Of a stretch of 64,000 nucleotides of DNA, positions 12,835 to 24,801 are shown piece after piece. The DNA comes from Microbotryum violaceum (Eukaryota), in contig CDLV01000007.1 in NCBI GenBank assembly GCA_001244265.2, positions 1,364,001 through 1,428,000 on the forward strand, written 5' to 3'. The notes beneath the pieces are model-generated. The model saw only the letters and a list, made by a program, of their open reading frames with translations, did not search any database and was not told the origin of the DNA. Numbering within the stretch: the first letter of the stretch is position 1; each line of letters opens with the position of its first letter. The position numbers and the translations under genes are program-made.

Positions 12835-12976
12835 GGGGGACACAAGCTTTTATCCTCTTCATCTGTTGATTTTGGTGTAGGAATATGTTTGGTGATCTAT
12901 ACTTCTGTATTCGCTGAGCATCTATTTGACGTCAAGCTGCTAATCCCACCTTTCGGCAAATTGTCTTATCTGCCAA

Positions 12977-13750
12977 CCAGTGGGAACCCGTAAAATTTAC
13001 GGGACGACGAATTTCAAATAGCAGGAGAATTGGATAGAGCGGGGGTAAAAGAACACAATACGAAGGTCAGCAAAGGAACGATTATCCATTTATCGCGGTA
13101 ACAGCAGGTAACAGCCGCCCATTGCTTGTTGCCCAAAACGTCGTCGCAGAGTCGGTCTCACTTCAAACACTCGCGCAATGAAACCCGGACGGTTATTCGT
13201 GTTTCGTCGTTCCGCCCCCCCCCCCCCCCCCCCCAGTGCAGGGAGGAAAAAGGAAGGAATTAGAGTAGCGCGGGATTATCTACAGCCCCTCGAACCTCAT
13301 GTTGTTGTTGAGCTCCTGAAACCGGTGTCGGAATGAGACAATACGTCACGTGACTGACGGCGCATCGCGCAAGCGCAAGTTGGCGCGCGCCGCGCGTCAA
13401 CCACAGTGGGACCACGCCTGAGCTCTGTAGAAGAAGTGTCATGCAAACCCACGCGCTTGCTATACATTAAATCATACACAAACTGCTCAATAGTTCAGCA
13501 CCCCGCCAAAAATCAACAAAATCGTCCTCGGGCTGTAGCTCGACTTTTATGGTGCAGAAAATGCGGAAAGGGTCGTACATGACTTCTGGTCGCCACGCCA
13601 ATAACACAGGCAGGTGCGGCAGACGCAATACTGCACTGGTACATTCACTGCAGGTATAGGCGACCCAGAGCGCCGCAACACAGTCAAAAACCGCGATTTT
13701 AGGTACATAGGTCGCGGATCAACACTTTTTTTTTCACTAGGTTCGGGACC
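12977..13750 (-). mobile_element. Non-autonomous Helitron (minus strand), same family as 20100-22473
   Basis: The minus-strand 3' end is hairpin CCCGTAAATTTTACGGG + TTCCCA + CTGG followed by T. Region 13420-13740 is a diverged reverse-complement copy of 20100-20430. It has an internal C20 run. The 5' boundary is approximate. Confidence 0.75.
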
Positions 13751-14651
13751 TGGGATGGGTGAGCTCATCATCCCTTTCTTTCCGCACACACCGAGCGCCC
13801 TTCGCCCATCAGCTCTGTCAGGTAGCCTTACCGAATTTTACGTTATGTGATTGTTGAGCGGCGTTTACCTCAAAACGCTGCGGTCAAGGAGGTAATATAA
13901 ACCTATCAGTCCATACTTGGCCTAGAAGGCCGGTATCGAAGGGGACGCGATTGAGCTAGCGCGACCTGGTCCCGACGACGTCCCGTCCAAGGGGTGAGAT
14001 CTTCACGAAACACGAACTTGCTGACGGCGGGGTCACAGGCAGTGTTAGACTCTAGTGTTTATGCCACCCGATGCCTGGCCTTATTATCTTGTCATCCAGC
14101 GTTTCTCGTGGCACCCAGGCTTGGGAGCGGTGGGAGTTGTAGGAGAAAAATGATAACCATTAACCGCGAACTGTACGACATTGCCAAGCCTTTTCCAGAT
14201 CCCATGAGTCTTGAGTCGACTCTTGACCCTGCCTGACCGAGACGCGGCACGCGGGAGCCGCGGGACGTTGAGCGCACGCGCCTTGGATTTCAAACTCAAC
14301 AATTTCTCTTGTCTGGTGCGGAGGCAAGCATGAAGCGTGCCAAAGCGTAGTGCGAGATCGGCGCGGCCGGCCAACTCGGCCTGCAGCTTCTGCCTTTGGT
14401 CTCGCTCCCTACCTCACCTCAACTGTTCTCTCTGCCTACTTTGCTTCGTACTGGTTGCGAGCATCCCACAACACTCGTTCATTCTGTGAACATCCTATCA
14501 AACGACCCCCGCTGTACGACCCCTTTTCACTCGTTTGACTCCGGCCGCCTTCATCGCAGCACGAGCCGCTTCTCTTTGTGCGCCTCACCCTCCCGTTCCG
14601 GCCTCCGCTCCCCCCACTCGACGCACCGCTCCGCTCAACAAGGCTTGCAAG

Positions 14652-16463
14652 ATGCTTTCAACCTTTGTTGCGTTCGTCGCACTGCTGTCCGCCGTTCACG
14701 GCCAAGGTATTGTCGACAATTCTCGCAAGATGTCGATGATTGAGGTCAGTGCGATCTACCGCTTTCGGGGCACAATGTTCGCTGATCGTCGTCCGCGCGC
14801 GTCGGAGCGCGCCTTCGCTCGCCGTGGCGTCAAACATGCCGGGCACGCGCACGGCGCGCGCGTCACGCGTTTTCGCTCGAGCCTCGCAGCGCTCAAACCT
14901 GCCCCAGTTTCACCCGGCCCAGCTTGGTGGGGACGTCTGCAAATTCATATTACTGAAACTGGATCTTGGCTTTGAAATGACCAGTCTAGCGAGATTGCGC
15001 TCGATGGAGGCAACTACTACGTGCAGAACGTCGCCACCGGTCGCGTGAGTTGGTGGAGCACCTTTAGTGCTGCGCAGACGCGGTTGCGCAAGGGGACAGG
15101 TTTGCTCATCAAATTGTCCTCGGGACTCCTCATGTCATTTGCTCCGTAGTACCTTCAATTCACCCGTCCCGACGACACTACCGATCTGACGTCGCTGAAA
15201 AGTCGAGGCTCGATCTCGATCAACTACGGGTCAGCCTACGGCAAAAGCGGAAAGAAGACCGGCACCTACGTCGGTTCGGTCTTCTCGGGCATGACCAAGT
15301 GCATGTCGGCACAGTGAGTTGCATCTTTCCTGCCTTCACGCTCTTTGGCTTTATCTCGCGCGTCTTTGGGTGTATAGCGTTACAAGTGAAAATTTGACCT
15401 CGACTCGCTCTCTGCCCTACTGCTGCGCCGGCGAAACTCAGATTCGACGACAACAAAGGCGTGGACCATGCTGCTGTCTCGTACGCTTGCTCGGGTAGGT
15501 TCCTCTCCTCTTAACAGTGTCGTCGCAGACCTGTGGAATGCTGTTCGCTGATTTTTCCGAACGCCCTGGCGTCAGTGAACGGCGGCCCCGGCACAACGAC
15601 GCTTGAAAAGGCCAAGCAATTCTGGAAGCTCGTAAGCTCCATCGACGTATCGTGGTGTCTTTACAAGTGGACCCGGCACTGAGTTAGGACCATATTGTAC
15701 GCTTTTTTTGCAGTACCCGTGTGGGTCGGGCGCCAGCTCAGGTGTGTCGCTGGCATCCAAGAAGAACGGCAAGTCGAAGAAGACATCGACCACCTTTACG
15801 AAAAAGAAGACGACGACGAGGAAGAAGAAGACGACGACGAAGAAGAAGACGACGACGAAGAAGAAGACGACGACAAAGAAGAAGACGACGAGCAAGAAAA
15901 CCTCGAGCAAGAAGAAGACGTCGAGCAAGAAGAACGTCAAGTGCACCAAGTCTGGTAAATGGCTCGCCCGCCACCCCGAGTACATCACTCGGCAAGGCAA
16001 CTCGCAGTGCAAGACCACCCTCAACGCTTGGCGCCATGGCAAGAGCCGTCGGTCCGAGATCGTGTCCCACCACGTGTCGCAGTTCGCTCGCCTCGGCCGT
16101 CGCTCCTTCATGACACCTATCAAGCGTGCCCTGACCAAGCGCGGAGCCCTTCAAGGCACATACTGTATCATCGCCGTCGACCATCTCTCCGACATGTGAG
16201 TTGGCTAGATGGGATGCACCCGAGCTTTCTAACTGATACACGGCTTTTGATTTGTCAGGGAAACGCGCGCCGTTGGAGATTCTAGCATGAACACCTACGG
16301 TGGCTACGTCAGCATGGAGCTCGAAGAATGGAACGCCGTAAGTCCGCGCTGACTCGCTTTGCTCTTCGGCCTCGTCGACTATGTCCTTGGTTGCTAATCC
16401 TACGATGTTGTGCACTCTATACAGAGTGACAAGACCCAGCAATGGATCATCACCGCGGCCTGA
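14652..16463 (+). CDS. Secreted protein, possible ricin-B/beta-trefoil-like lectin, with a K/T-rich polycationic insert; multi-exon
   Basis: Signal peptide MLSTFVAFVALLSAVHG; GGNYYVQNVATG.YLQF, KCMSAQ, AAVSYAC, KQFWKLYPCGS, (KKKTTT)n, YCIIAVDHL and C-terminal SDKTQQWII (QxW-like). Confidence 0.75.
15795..15935 (+). repeat. Coding (AAG)3(ACG)3 minisatellite encoding KKKTTT/KKTSS
   Basis: Direct reading of repeated aagaagaagacgacgacg units. Confidence 0.9.
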
Positions 16464-18060
16464 GCGACTACCCCATCTGTCGACGCGCTGCCCTCGGCCC
16501 CTCAGTGCTACCCCTCCAGCCAATTTCGACGCTCACCTCAGTCTACGCCCCCCAATAATTTCCTCACCTTTCGAATTAAGTCTCACCAGAATGACGTTAC
16601 TACTCACGCGGTATTTGTAGGACATACCTTCTCGATGTTGTGCATTTACCCAAACCGACCCACCGCCATCCTTCCGCCTCACCCCTTCACTCTTCCCCGC
16701 GCTGCATTGGTACGTGGGAGTGATACGGGGCCTGCCCACCTCTCGGATGTCGACTTCTGATCTGTATGGCATGTATGGTAGTACCCTTGATCACCCGACG
16801 CCATCCCTCTGTTTCCTCATTCTGTCCTCTCCTCCCTTTTTCTGTGCTCTCGGTATCTCGCTCGCTCCGGACTGGTTCCGCAAGTAGCGACATCTTTTTT
16901 TCCCCTCTTGGTTCTACGCTTTGTCCATATTCTTCGCCTGCTGTGATGAAAATGCCACCTCAGTACTGTCTCGTATTCAACCGATCCTGGTGATGCCCGT
17001 GAGGTATACTGGCTTCCGATGCAAGGGTTTGTGTAAGAGATGCCGCACAGAACAGCCCTATAGGTAGCCTCTGAGTAGCTAGAACTATAGAGTTACTTGC
17101 CTAAAGGAAAGAGAGGAACGAGCGAAGATTAAGCTCGACGCTCCTCCTTTCGGGAGGGGCTTGTGAGTTATCCGCGCGTTTGGCCCAATTGCCCTCCGAA
17201 ATCTTGGCCCTGAAAAGTGCCCCCTTGCTGTAGCATGGCATACATTGATGCTATCCGAAAACTGGAGGGATACCTCTTTACTTCATCGTTATTGATGAGG
17301 CTTCAACGAAGCTTGAAGTCTAGGAAGGCTTGATCATCTCGCTACAACAGCTTGAATCAACTGATTCCGAACGAGACGCAGGACGCAGGTCGGCGCACGG
17401 GACCAATCGTAGTCCGGACTACAGTCCGCGTTGAAGGCAGGACCCCCGAAAGCCAAACCTGAGGCGCGTAGGTAAAGAGTGGACAAATTTTTGGCCCTAG
17501 AAAAGCCAAAATCGCGATTTTTGAGTTGTAGAGCATCTGAAGCATTTCTAGAGCTGTTGTTGGACGAGCGTAGATGGACTGGACATTTGAAGGCCATTTT
17601 TGGGCGAATACACCAAAAAAGGGTGGACAAATGAGGTCCAAAATCCGGGATTTTGGCCGATTTTACCTACGCGCCTCAGGCTGGGCTTTCATGGGTCCTT
17701 TGAAGGAGTTTGATGGCTGCATTAGATCCAGGTCACTTAAGCCCGGCCGCGCCTCACGCATCCTCTCTCTCCACTCAACATCGCACCTCCCCTCATAATG
17801 AGCCATGTCGGTACAAACACCGCGACCGGTTAGGGGACCGCCCCGTCGACATCCATCATTTGAGTTCAGGGCGTCTCCCTGGCGATCAGCTTCAAGGGTC
17901 ATTCCTACGACCCCAGCACCGAATCATTCAACCAATGCGACGACCGACCTTCCTGCCGGCCGGCCCGTTCTCGGTCACTGGAGGCCACGTTTGACTCACC
18001 AGGACCGACGAGATCCCAGCGAATGACGCAAGAAGGTCAAAGTTATTCTGGGCGAAAGTC

Positions 18061-18636
18061 TTGACGACTCGGAGGACGTACCCCCGGTCCGTGCAGATCG
18101 AGGCCATTGCTGTACTTTTCAAACTCGACCAATTTGGGAACCGGGATCGATATGACGCTGTGTTTGTCACAGCGCCAACAAGTTCAGGCAAAAGTTTTAT
18201 TTCCGAAGCAATGTATCTCACTTATGGACGCCGGGCCGTCACCATTGTTGTCAGTCCACTAAATGCACTGAGCAATCATCAGGTGAGTGTTTCTGCCGAC
18301 TAGGCTTGCTGGACCGTGCTGAATTCCGCAGTCACATGCTTCTTTCAGGCTGCCAATCTCAATCGAATGGGAAAGAAAGCGGTTGTGGTATCTGAAGAGA
18401 CCCGGAGAGACGACGAGCTGTACAGGCAGTTGGACGACCCCAATCACACGATCTCCTTCATTCTGATCGTATGTGTCGGTTGACCTCTTGTTCGAGTGAA
18501 GTACACATGTGTTGATTTGCCTTCCTGTTTGCTGCGTGTCAAGTCTCCCTAAATGCATATCAACAATGCAGATTGGGCAAAGTTGATCTCTAAGGAGTCC
18601 TTTCGAGAGCGCGTCAAGTTGCCCGTCTATGACGAG
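18061..18636 (+). pseudogene. RecQ-like superfamily 2 helicase, N-terminal fragment truncated at motif II
   Basis: PRSVQIEAI (Q motif), VTAPTSSGKS (Walker A), VVSPLNALSNHQ (motif Ia), then introns, ending at LPVYDE. Confidence 0.8.
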
Positions 18637-18639
18637 GAC

Positions 18640-19897
18640 AGGGGGTGGTGTGCATCGAGGACCGCGAAGACTGAGGCCAAGATGAGGAACCAGTCGAGCA
18701 AGCGCTCGATATATCTGAACTTTGATCCCGGTTGTAAATGAAGAATCGGATTGGGGAGCTGGGAGGAGATGCTCGAGATTACTCGCGATAAAGATGCTTG
18801 ATGTGCAGAGTAGGCTCGAAGGTTGTAAGCGCTGGCAATATCTCCGTTCTGAATGTGGGCGTAACCAAAAGTTCCATGAAGCAGCTCGGTTCGTCGATCC
18901 AATTGCTGATCGTTGACGTGATGTGTGACGTCAACGTTGTCAACGGTCACATGGAAGTACTTGTTCGAGCCAATCTCCTTCAATTCCCCTTCGTCAAGCT
19001 CGCAGCTGCCTGGAGAGTCGCCCAGCGAGATGTCAGTCGTCAAGCCGCAATCGTACAGAAATGTTGTCAATCGGTCGTTCGCTCCACATGCGAGAATCAT
19101 GAGACCGTTGCGATGCTGCATGGCGTTATTCCTTCGGTTGCAAGCGAACGCGATCTGACCCATGACACTGCGGTAAATCTGCGGTGAAGCTGCGGCCAGC
19201 GCGTTGATTTTTGGTGTCAGTTCGCTGCGATACCCAGCCGAGCTAGGGTCAGAAACACTCACGCTTCATCTCTTTAATGATGATTGAGTCGGCCTGCAGG
19301 CGAATAAGGCAAGTATTCAGTAGCTTTATTGAATTCGGAGAATCAATCCAAGAAGTACGAAGTGTTGCCCACCTGCTCCAAGTCGGCGATCCGGTCATTG
19401 ATTTGGCTTCTTGACTCTGCGCCATCCTCGCGTGCAAGTCGTAGAATGAGATCAAGTACACGCTTAAGGCTGGACCAGTTGCTGTTGAACAGCTTTGGTC
19501 GGTGTGTTTGAACGCCTTGAAATCGTGTGGATGGGCCGAAGTACCACGACAGGTATTGACATAGCGAGAGATCGCGGCTACAAAATTCTGCGAATACGGA
19601 TCCGCCTCGCGGCGGTTGTTCTGGCAAATTGATGAGGTATGGCGTCTGCTTGTTCGCGTCATTTTTGGTTTCAGACATTGTCACGCTTGACGTGGCCGAC
19701 TATCCTCGTGAAAAGAGGAGAACAGCGAAGCGTACGCAAGGTGATCAAGCCGAACGGAGCAGGCTCGCCGATGATGAGAGCGCCAATTACACGATGCGCT
19801 CGGACCATCTGAGGCCGATCGACCGAAATCGCAGACTTTGGATCGCTGTAGCTCCACCCACAGCTTATGAAAGGTCTCGCCACTTGGGGTATGTCAT
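18640..19897 (-). pseudogene. Academ-type transposase (DUF6589-associated) N-terminal fragment, frameshifted
   Basis: IAFACNRRNNAMQHRNGLMILACGANDRLTTFLYDCGL and FHVTVDNVD...LLHGTFGYAH resemble fungal Academ transposases. The coding sequence is split across frames. Confidence 0.7.
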
Positions 19898-20099
19898 TTT
19901 TTAGAGCATAAAGAAAAATAGGTCCTTCACTTTTGCATGGATGCGCCTACTTACCAAGTTACAGAGAACCACCCCAAAATGGCCCTGAGATTTCGGAGGG
20001 CAACTGGGCCAAGCGCGCCGATAACTCGTAAGCCCCTCCCAGAGGGAGGGCTTAGTTGAGCTTAAGCGAACATCAAAACGTAACTATGACAAGTTACCC

Positions 20100-22473
20100 T
20101 AACTAGTCAAAAAAAAGTGTGAGTTAAGGAATGTACCTAAAATCGCTGTTTTTAACTAGGTGGCGGCCCGGAGGGCCGCCTGTGGTGGATGTACCAGCAT
20201 ACTGTTGTGTCTGCCGCACCTGCCTGTGGTGTTGGCGTTCCGATCAGAAGTCATGTACAAGCCCTATGATGACTTTTGTATTTTCCGCGCCGTTCCAACG
20301 AAGCTACAGCGCTCCCAGTATTTTCTTTCGTTTTTCAGTTGACGTCAAACATTGCTTACACTTATATTGCATTTAATGAACCGCAAGCGCGTGGCTTTGC
20401 ATGATATTGCCTCTACAGCAGAGCTCCGCCTGACGCGCGACGCGAGTGCTGGCGTCTGACGATCTGACGTCTGACGTCTGTGCCGTCTGTCACGTGATGC
20501 GGCGCGCTGGCGGTGTGAGTCTGTGTCAGTAAGTCTCGGGCTCGCGCCCCGCTGCTCGACTCTCCTCTTTGCCCCGCTCCGATCAACAGAATCAGCTCCC
20601 GCGCGTGATTAACAACAACTCAACCGATCTTGGTGTTGCGACCCGAATGAGCGCCCCCGTACAGCTTTGTAGAATGGGCAGCACGTTGAGCTCACCCCAC
20701 CACCACATCCTCCTGCGCAAAGGCGCGCAAAGGCGAGCGCGCAGGCCTCGAATCGCGCTCGAACCCCTCAAGCCCCACGTTTTCGCAGGGCAAGGTGCAG
20801 CTACCTCCCCCTCTCCGGCACAATCCCGAGTGTCGACAGCTACGTGAAGGCTCGGATAGCGGTCAGTTGCTCCGTCCAACAACCGTCGTCTGCAGTAGAC
20901 CCACATGCTGAACTGTGCAAGAATCCTCCCACGCACACAGAAGCTATAGCATTGCGCGAGAACGCCCGGTCGTACAACAACGCGTTGTCGTTGACTCTGC
21001 TCGCTGCTCATTTTGACCAGACTCGACTGGGCATTCTAGGACCCCGCGTGTTTCGCGTGCTTGATCGGCTTTACTCCTCGACTCGGCGTCCAGATCCCTG
21101 TCGTCAATCAACGCTCCAGCCTTTGCTCAAACGTAGCTGATCGACCCAGCCGCCACCGACACTCGACTTGGACTCAACGGCGCAGGCAGTCGCATACAAA
21201 GGCCTACTTTGACCAAGCTCGAGTCCGCGTACCGGAAACCGCTTTGTGAAGGAGTTTGCATCGGCCAAAGCTTGCGCAGGCTGGGGATACGGCCAAAGAG
21301 TGGGTCCTGCGCCTCTGTCTACCACCAGGCCGAGACCGACGCACCCACAACCTTCCTCCGCCGAGCACGGAAATGACGATGCTTATCTGCGATTCCGACA
21401 CCAACACGGGAGATTGTGGACCGCAAGAACTTATTGTCCCGTGCGCAGTCATCGATGTCCCGATGGTCGACCCAAGTACCAAGTCGTCAGCTCGCTCCAT
21501 CCGTCTGCGATGCCTCTCCGGTACCCAACACTCTTCGCCGCAGAGGAAAATAGCTCCCACCTCAACACTCCTCTTTGCGGGTTCCACCAAGCCGGGCCGC
21601 CCATCGCCAGAAACCGAGAGCAGATCGACAATGGTGTCCAATTGCGCGAGGTACTTCCGGTCTCGGTCTGGATGACGAACGAGGAGGACAAAGACCGCGA
21701 TGATGAGGATGAAGACCGCGAGGAAGGGGACGAAGAGGATGGTGATGGCGAACGTACGCGTCTTCGGCTCTTTCTCCAATGTTCCATTCTGTTTAAGGCG
21801 CAAGCACAGACTGACATTGAACTTTTGAACACCTAGGACAAAGGTCCAGTAAAGGGGTCGAGGTGGCGAGTCTCGCGTTCACAATTCTTTGCGCACTACT
21901 TGCCAAAGGCGACGAGTACTTCTCAAAACCGCATTGCACCCACGGTCCCTTCCTGGAGTCTGTGATTTATGGATATACTCCAAGTCGAGACCGATCGACT
22001 CTACACATCCGGTTGCATCAAGAGAACCTACACCTCACCACGACCCAAGGCATCAACGGCTTGGCCCCGAACCCAATTGGACGTTCGATGACCTTGGGCT
22101 CGACGTTCAAGAATAGACCGCGCGACATCACGCAGCGATACCAGGATGCGATGGCGTGCGTTGTCAAACATGGAAAGCCTCCGCTGCTTATCACGATGAC
22201 GTACGACCCCGACTCACCGGAAATTAAGGCTGCACCGGGGCCGCTAAAGCATGCAACCGTCCGGATCTCATTGCACGAGTGTTCGAAGCCAAGTCCGGCA
22301 ACAAGCGACATGCAGGCTGTTTCGGCGATGAATGTAAGATGAATGGATTTTGTTTCTTTGCTGTACTTCGTGTTGTGTTTTCTTAACCTCTGCGCTGATA
22401 TCATGTAGACTGTTCGATTATCCTGCTATTTTTTGAATTACATCCTCCCGTTAATTTAACGGGTTCCCACTGG
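20100..22473 (+). mobile_element. Helitron remnant with degraded Rep-helicase fragments
   Basis: RENARSYNNALSLT...GPRVFRV and RPRDITQRYQDAMACVVKHGKPPLLITMTYDPDSPEI match Helitron Rep motifs (YQDAMA..GKPDLFITxTCNPxWPEI). The 3' end has hairpin CCCGTTAATTTAACGGG (22447-22463) and CTGG (22470-22473) followed by T. Confidence 0.88.
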
Positions 22474-23287
22474 TTTATTCAAAGGAGAGGAGAACTTGTC
22501 TCAGTTGTGCGCAAGGCCCATGGGAGGCACATCTGCCCTGGCCATCGCTTTTGCAACTTAGGCAGGTACGCATTGGAAAAGCTTGGCCAGCCATTGATCT
22601 GGCTATTAGGCGTCTAAGATGAGGTTACTGGAATAGCGCAAAGTTGTGCCGCACGTCTGCGCTTGGAGTCATGCGTCAGTGCATTGCACTGGAGGCGGGG
22701 GCACGAGATTTTCCGATGCTTTGGTATGGCCTGCATCCCCGCCACAAAACCGTCCAAACACCATTTCTGAAGCTTGTGCGGTCATTCGAAATACAACTTT
22801 CGTGTCAAACGGCCCCAGTTAGCGATTCTCATTCATCATCAGCACTGCGCAGTCGACGTCTCCATGCTACGGGCGGAAGCTTAGTCCTGTTTTGACCCCT
22901 CACCTCCTGACTCATGTCTTAGTTTCAGTTGGCATCTCGTTGCATAGAGCTTCCTATCGCGTGCTGTGGCGTACATTGCCGGCTTCAACATGTCTCTCGG
23001 TTGTGACGCGAGGCCAAGTCAGCCGCCCGAATGTCCTGCGAAGCTGGGAACTCAGAAAAGGGGATAGTTTGGGGATTCGCCCTATCCTTCTTCTGCGTGC
23101 GAAGACGACACGTCGTTCAACTCTACTCCCCCAGTGCAGGTTGTGACATCCTTCCCACGGCAAAGTGCACACTACACTCCCTTTTCCCGCTCTTCAGCGC
23201 ACGTCTCTCCTTCTACTTCCACTGTAACATCTTCATACGTCTCCCGGCTACAGTTAGCGGCGACTCCCAGCGGTCCCTGTCGCAAGA

Positions 23288-24801
23288 ATGCGGTCTCACT
23301 TCCTCTTGGGGACCCTGCTGGCTTTTGCAAGCCATAGTGCGTTCGTGCGAGGTTTCCTCGTTGACAATACTCAGTTCTACAAGTCTCTTGAGGTGAGTAT
23401 GACGGCCCATGCAGGAATCGGAGAGTGATATCCGTTTGCGAGTCAAGCAAGCACTCGGGCAGCCGCACTGACCGGGGCTGCTTCTCGCCCCACCAACTGC
23501 AACCTGCACACAGCAAAATTCCATCGGCATCAAGGGCAATTTCACACTCAGAAATCAACTCACGAAAAAGTACCTCTCGTTCGCCCGCAAATCTACCGGG
23601 CACGGCAGAGACTCGAAGATGGGCATCGTCACCCAGTCTCAACCTGCCATGCTCGGCTTGGAGTGGCTATCCTCGAAGGCAACCAGCGGAAAGCAGACAC
23701 GTTATTTTAGGGGTCTCACGATCTCGTTTACAAAGTTCTGTGTCGCGTCGCAATATGGCAGATCGAAGCCGGACAGGGGAGGGGGCGATGTCGCCGGGGT
23801 CGCTTACACGTGCAAGAAGCGCGGGGATCCCACCATCGTCAAAGCAATGTGGTTCGCTTTCGACTGCGGTTCCCCTTCTGACCGATTCATCGATCTGTTG
23901 GACCGGCTCCGCGACCACGACTCACCGAAGGCCGCAAACTATCATTGGCGAAAGAACAATCCCGGACCCGCTCATCGCCAGCGCCCTCGCAACCACCACA
24001 GGCATTGGAAACGGCCGCATCCTCGCTCTCGTTCCCATGGCCGCGGCCATGGTCATCGTTCTCATCCTCATTCTCGCCATCGTCATAGTCGTCGCCCTCG
24101 TCCTCGCCGTCGCCCTGGCCATCGCCCTCGCCGTCACCCTCGCCCTCGCCATGGTCATCGTCCTCTCCACTCGCATCATCATCAGCTTCATCATCACCGT
24201 CGATCTGAAATTTTCGATGCTTGGAGTGATCCGGATGCCATGACCGACGTTTCCCCGAAGCCCATTGCTGGTCTTATCGATTATGTACAGGATGCTGCGT
24301 ATAAGACAACGCTCAGACCGAAACAACGAGCACGAGGTCGAGGTAGTTCGAGGAATCGACGGTCTTCCAGACGCTCAAGAGGCAGACCGCAGTCACGCCA
24401 CCATCGACAACGAAAGGGGTCTAAAACTAAAAAGGAAACAATGACTGTTTGCCTGTACGTTCTCGCGTTGTTTACCCTCGTGATACGGAGTCGGCAAGAT
24501 CGGACTGGGAGCTGGTTTCCACGAGCGGACTCAGGAGGTTAACGCATGACACATCTTCGATACTCAGCGTCGCGGTGGATCACATCCTTGACCAGATCCC
24601 AAAAGCCTTGACAGCAAAGAGGAGAACAGGCGCCAATGGTCAGATTGGATCTGCGCTAGCGCCTCTTAACATAGTAAGCATGGCTCTCGCTCGCAGATCT
24701 TCGATCGAGCCGCAAATCATGCTCTGATCATTGGCTTTCTTTTGTGTTGGGGTTCCGTGCAGAATGATCGGGCACAACATTGGGAGGTGACTCGGGTCTA
24801 G
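23288..24801 (+). CDS. Secreted paralog of the 14652-16463 protein with a His/Arg-rich insert (4 exons)
   Basis: MRSHFLLGTLLAFASHSAFVRGFLVDNTQFYKSLE|QNSIGIKGNFTLRNQLTKKYLSF...FCVASQ...GVAYTC...KAMWFAFDCGS...(H/R-rich)...VCL|VAVDHILDQIPKAL...|NDRAQHWEVTRV*. The first intron is at the same position as in the paralog. Confidence 0.75.

Larger units (their letters stand above)
17129..20065. mobile_element. Internally deleted AcademH-like DNA transposon (helicase and transposase convergent, imperfect TIRs)
   Basis: About 80-bp imperfect inverted repeats at 17129-17210 and 19981-20065 (ttaagctc...gggaggggctt..gagttatc.gcgcg.ttggccca.ttgccctccgaaatct) enclose a RecQ-like helicase fragment (+) and a DUF6589-like fragment (-). 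The true termini may extend to about 17061 and 20100. Confidence 0.75.

Noticed and set aside
15572-16138. Poly-acidic, poly-Arg and poly-F/V ORFs
   Set aside because: These are alternative frames of the KKKTTT repeat. Only the K/T frame joins the flanking exons and aligns with the paralog.
20079-20090. GTAACTATGAC resembling the 28S rRNA R2/homing-endonuclease site
   Set aside because: Only an 11-nt match with no surrounding rRNA sequence.
12975-22475. One 9.5-kb TIR transposon with 30-bp terminal inverted repeats
   Set aside because: No TSD is present. The repeats are better explained as hairpin-CTRR 3' ends of two oppositely oriented Helitrons.
23425-24326. Hydrophobic membrane-like ORF and antisense (MT/AR)n ORF
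   Set aside because: These are shadow frames of the His/Arg tract. Splice phase and paralog alignment support the 23619 frame.
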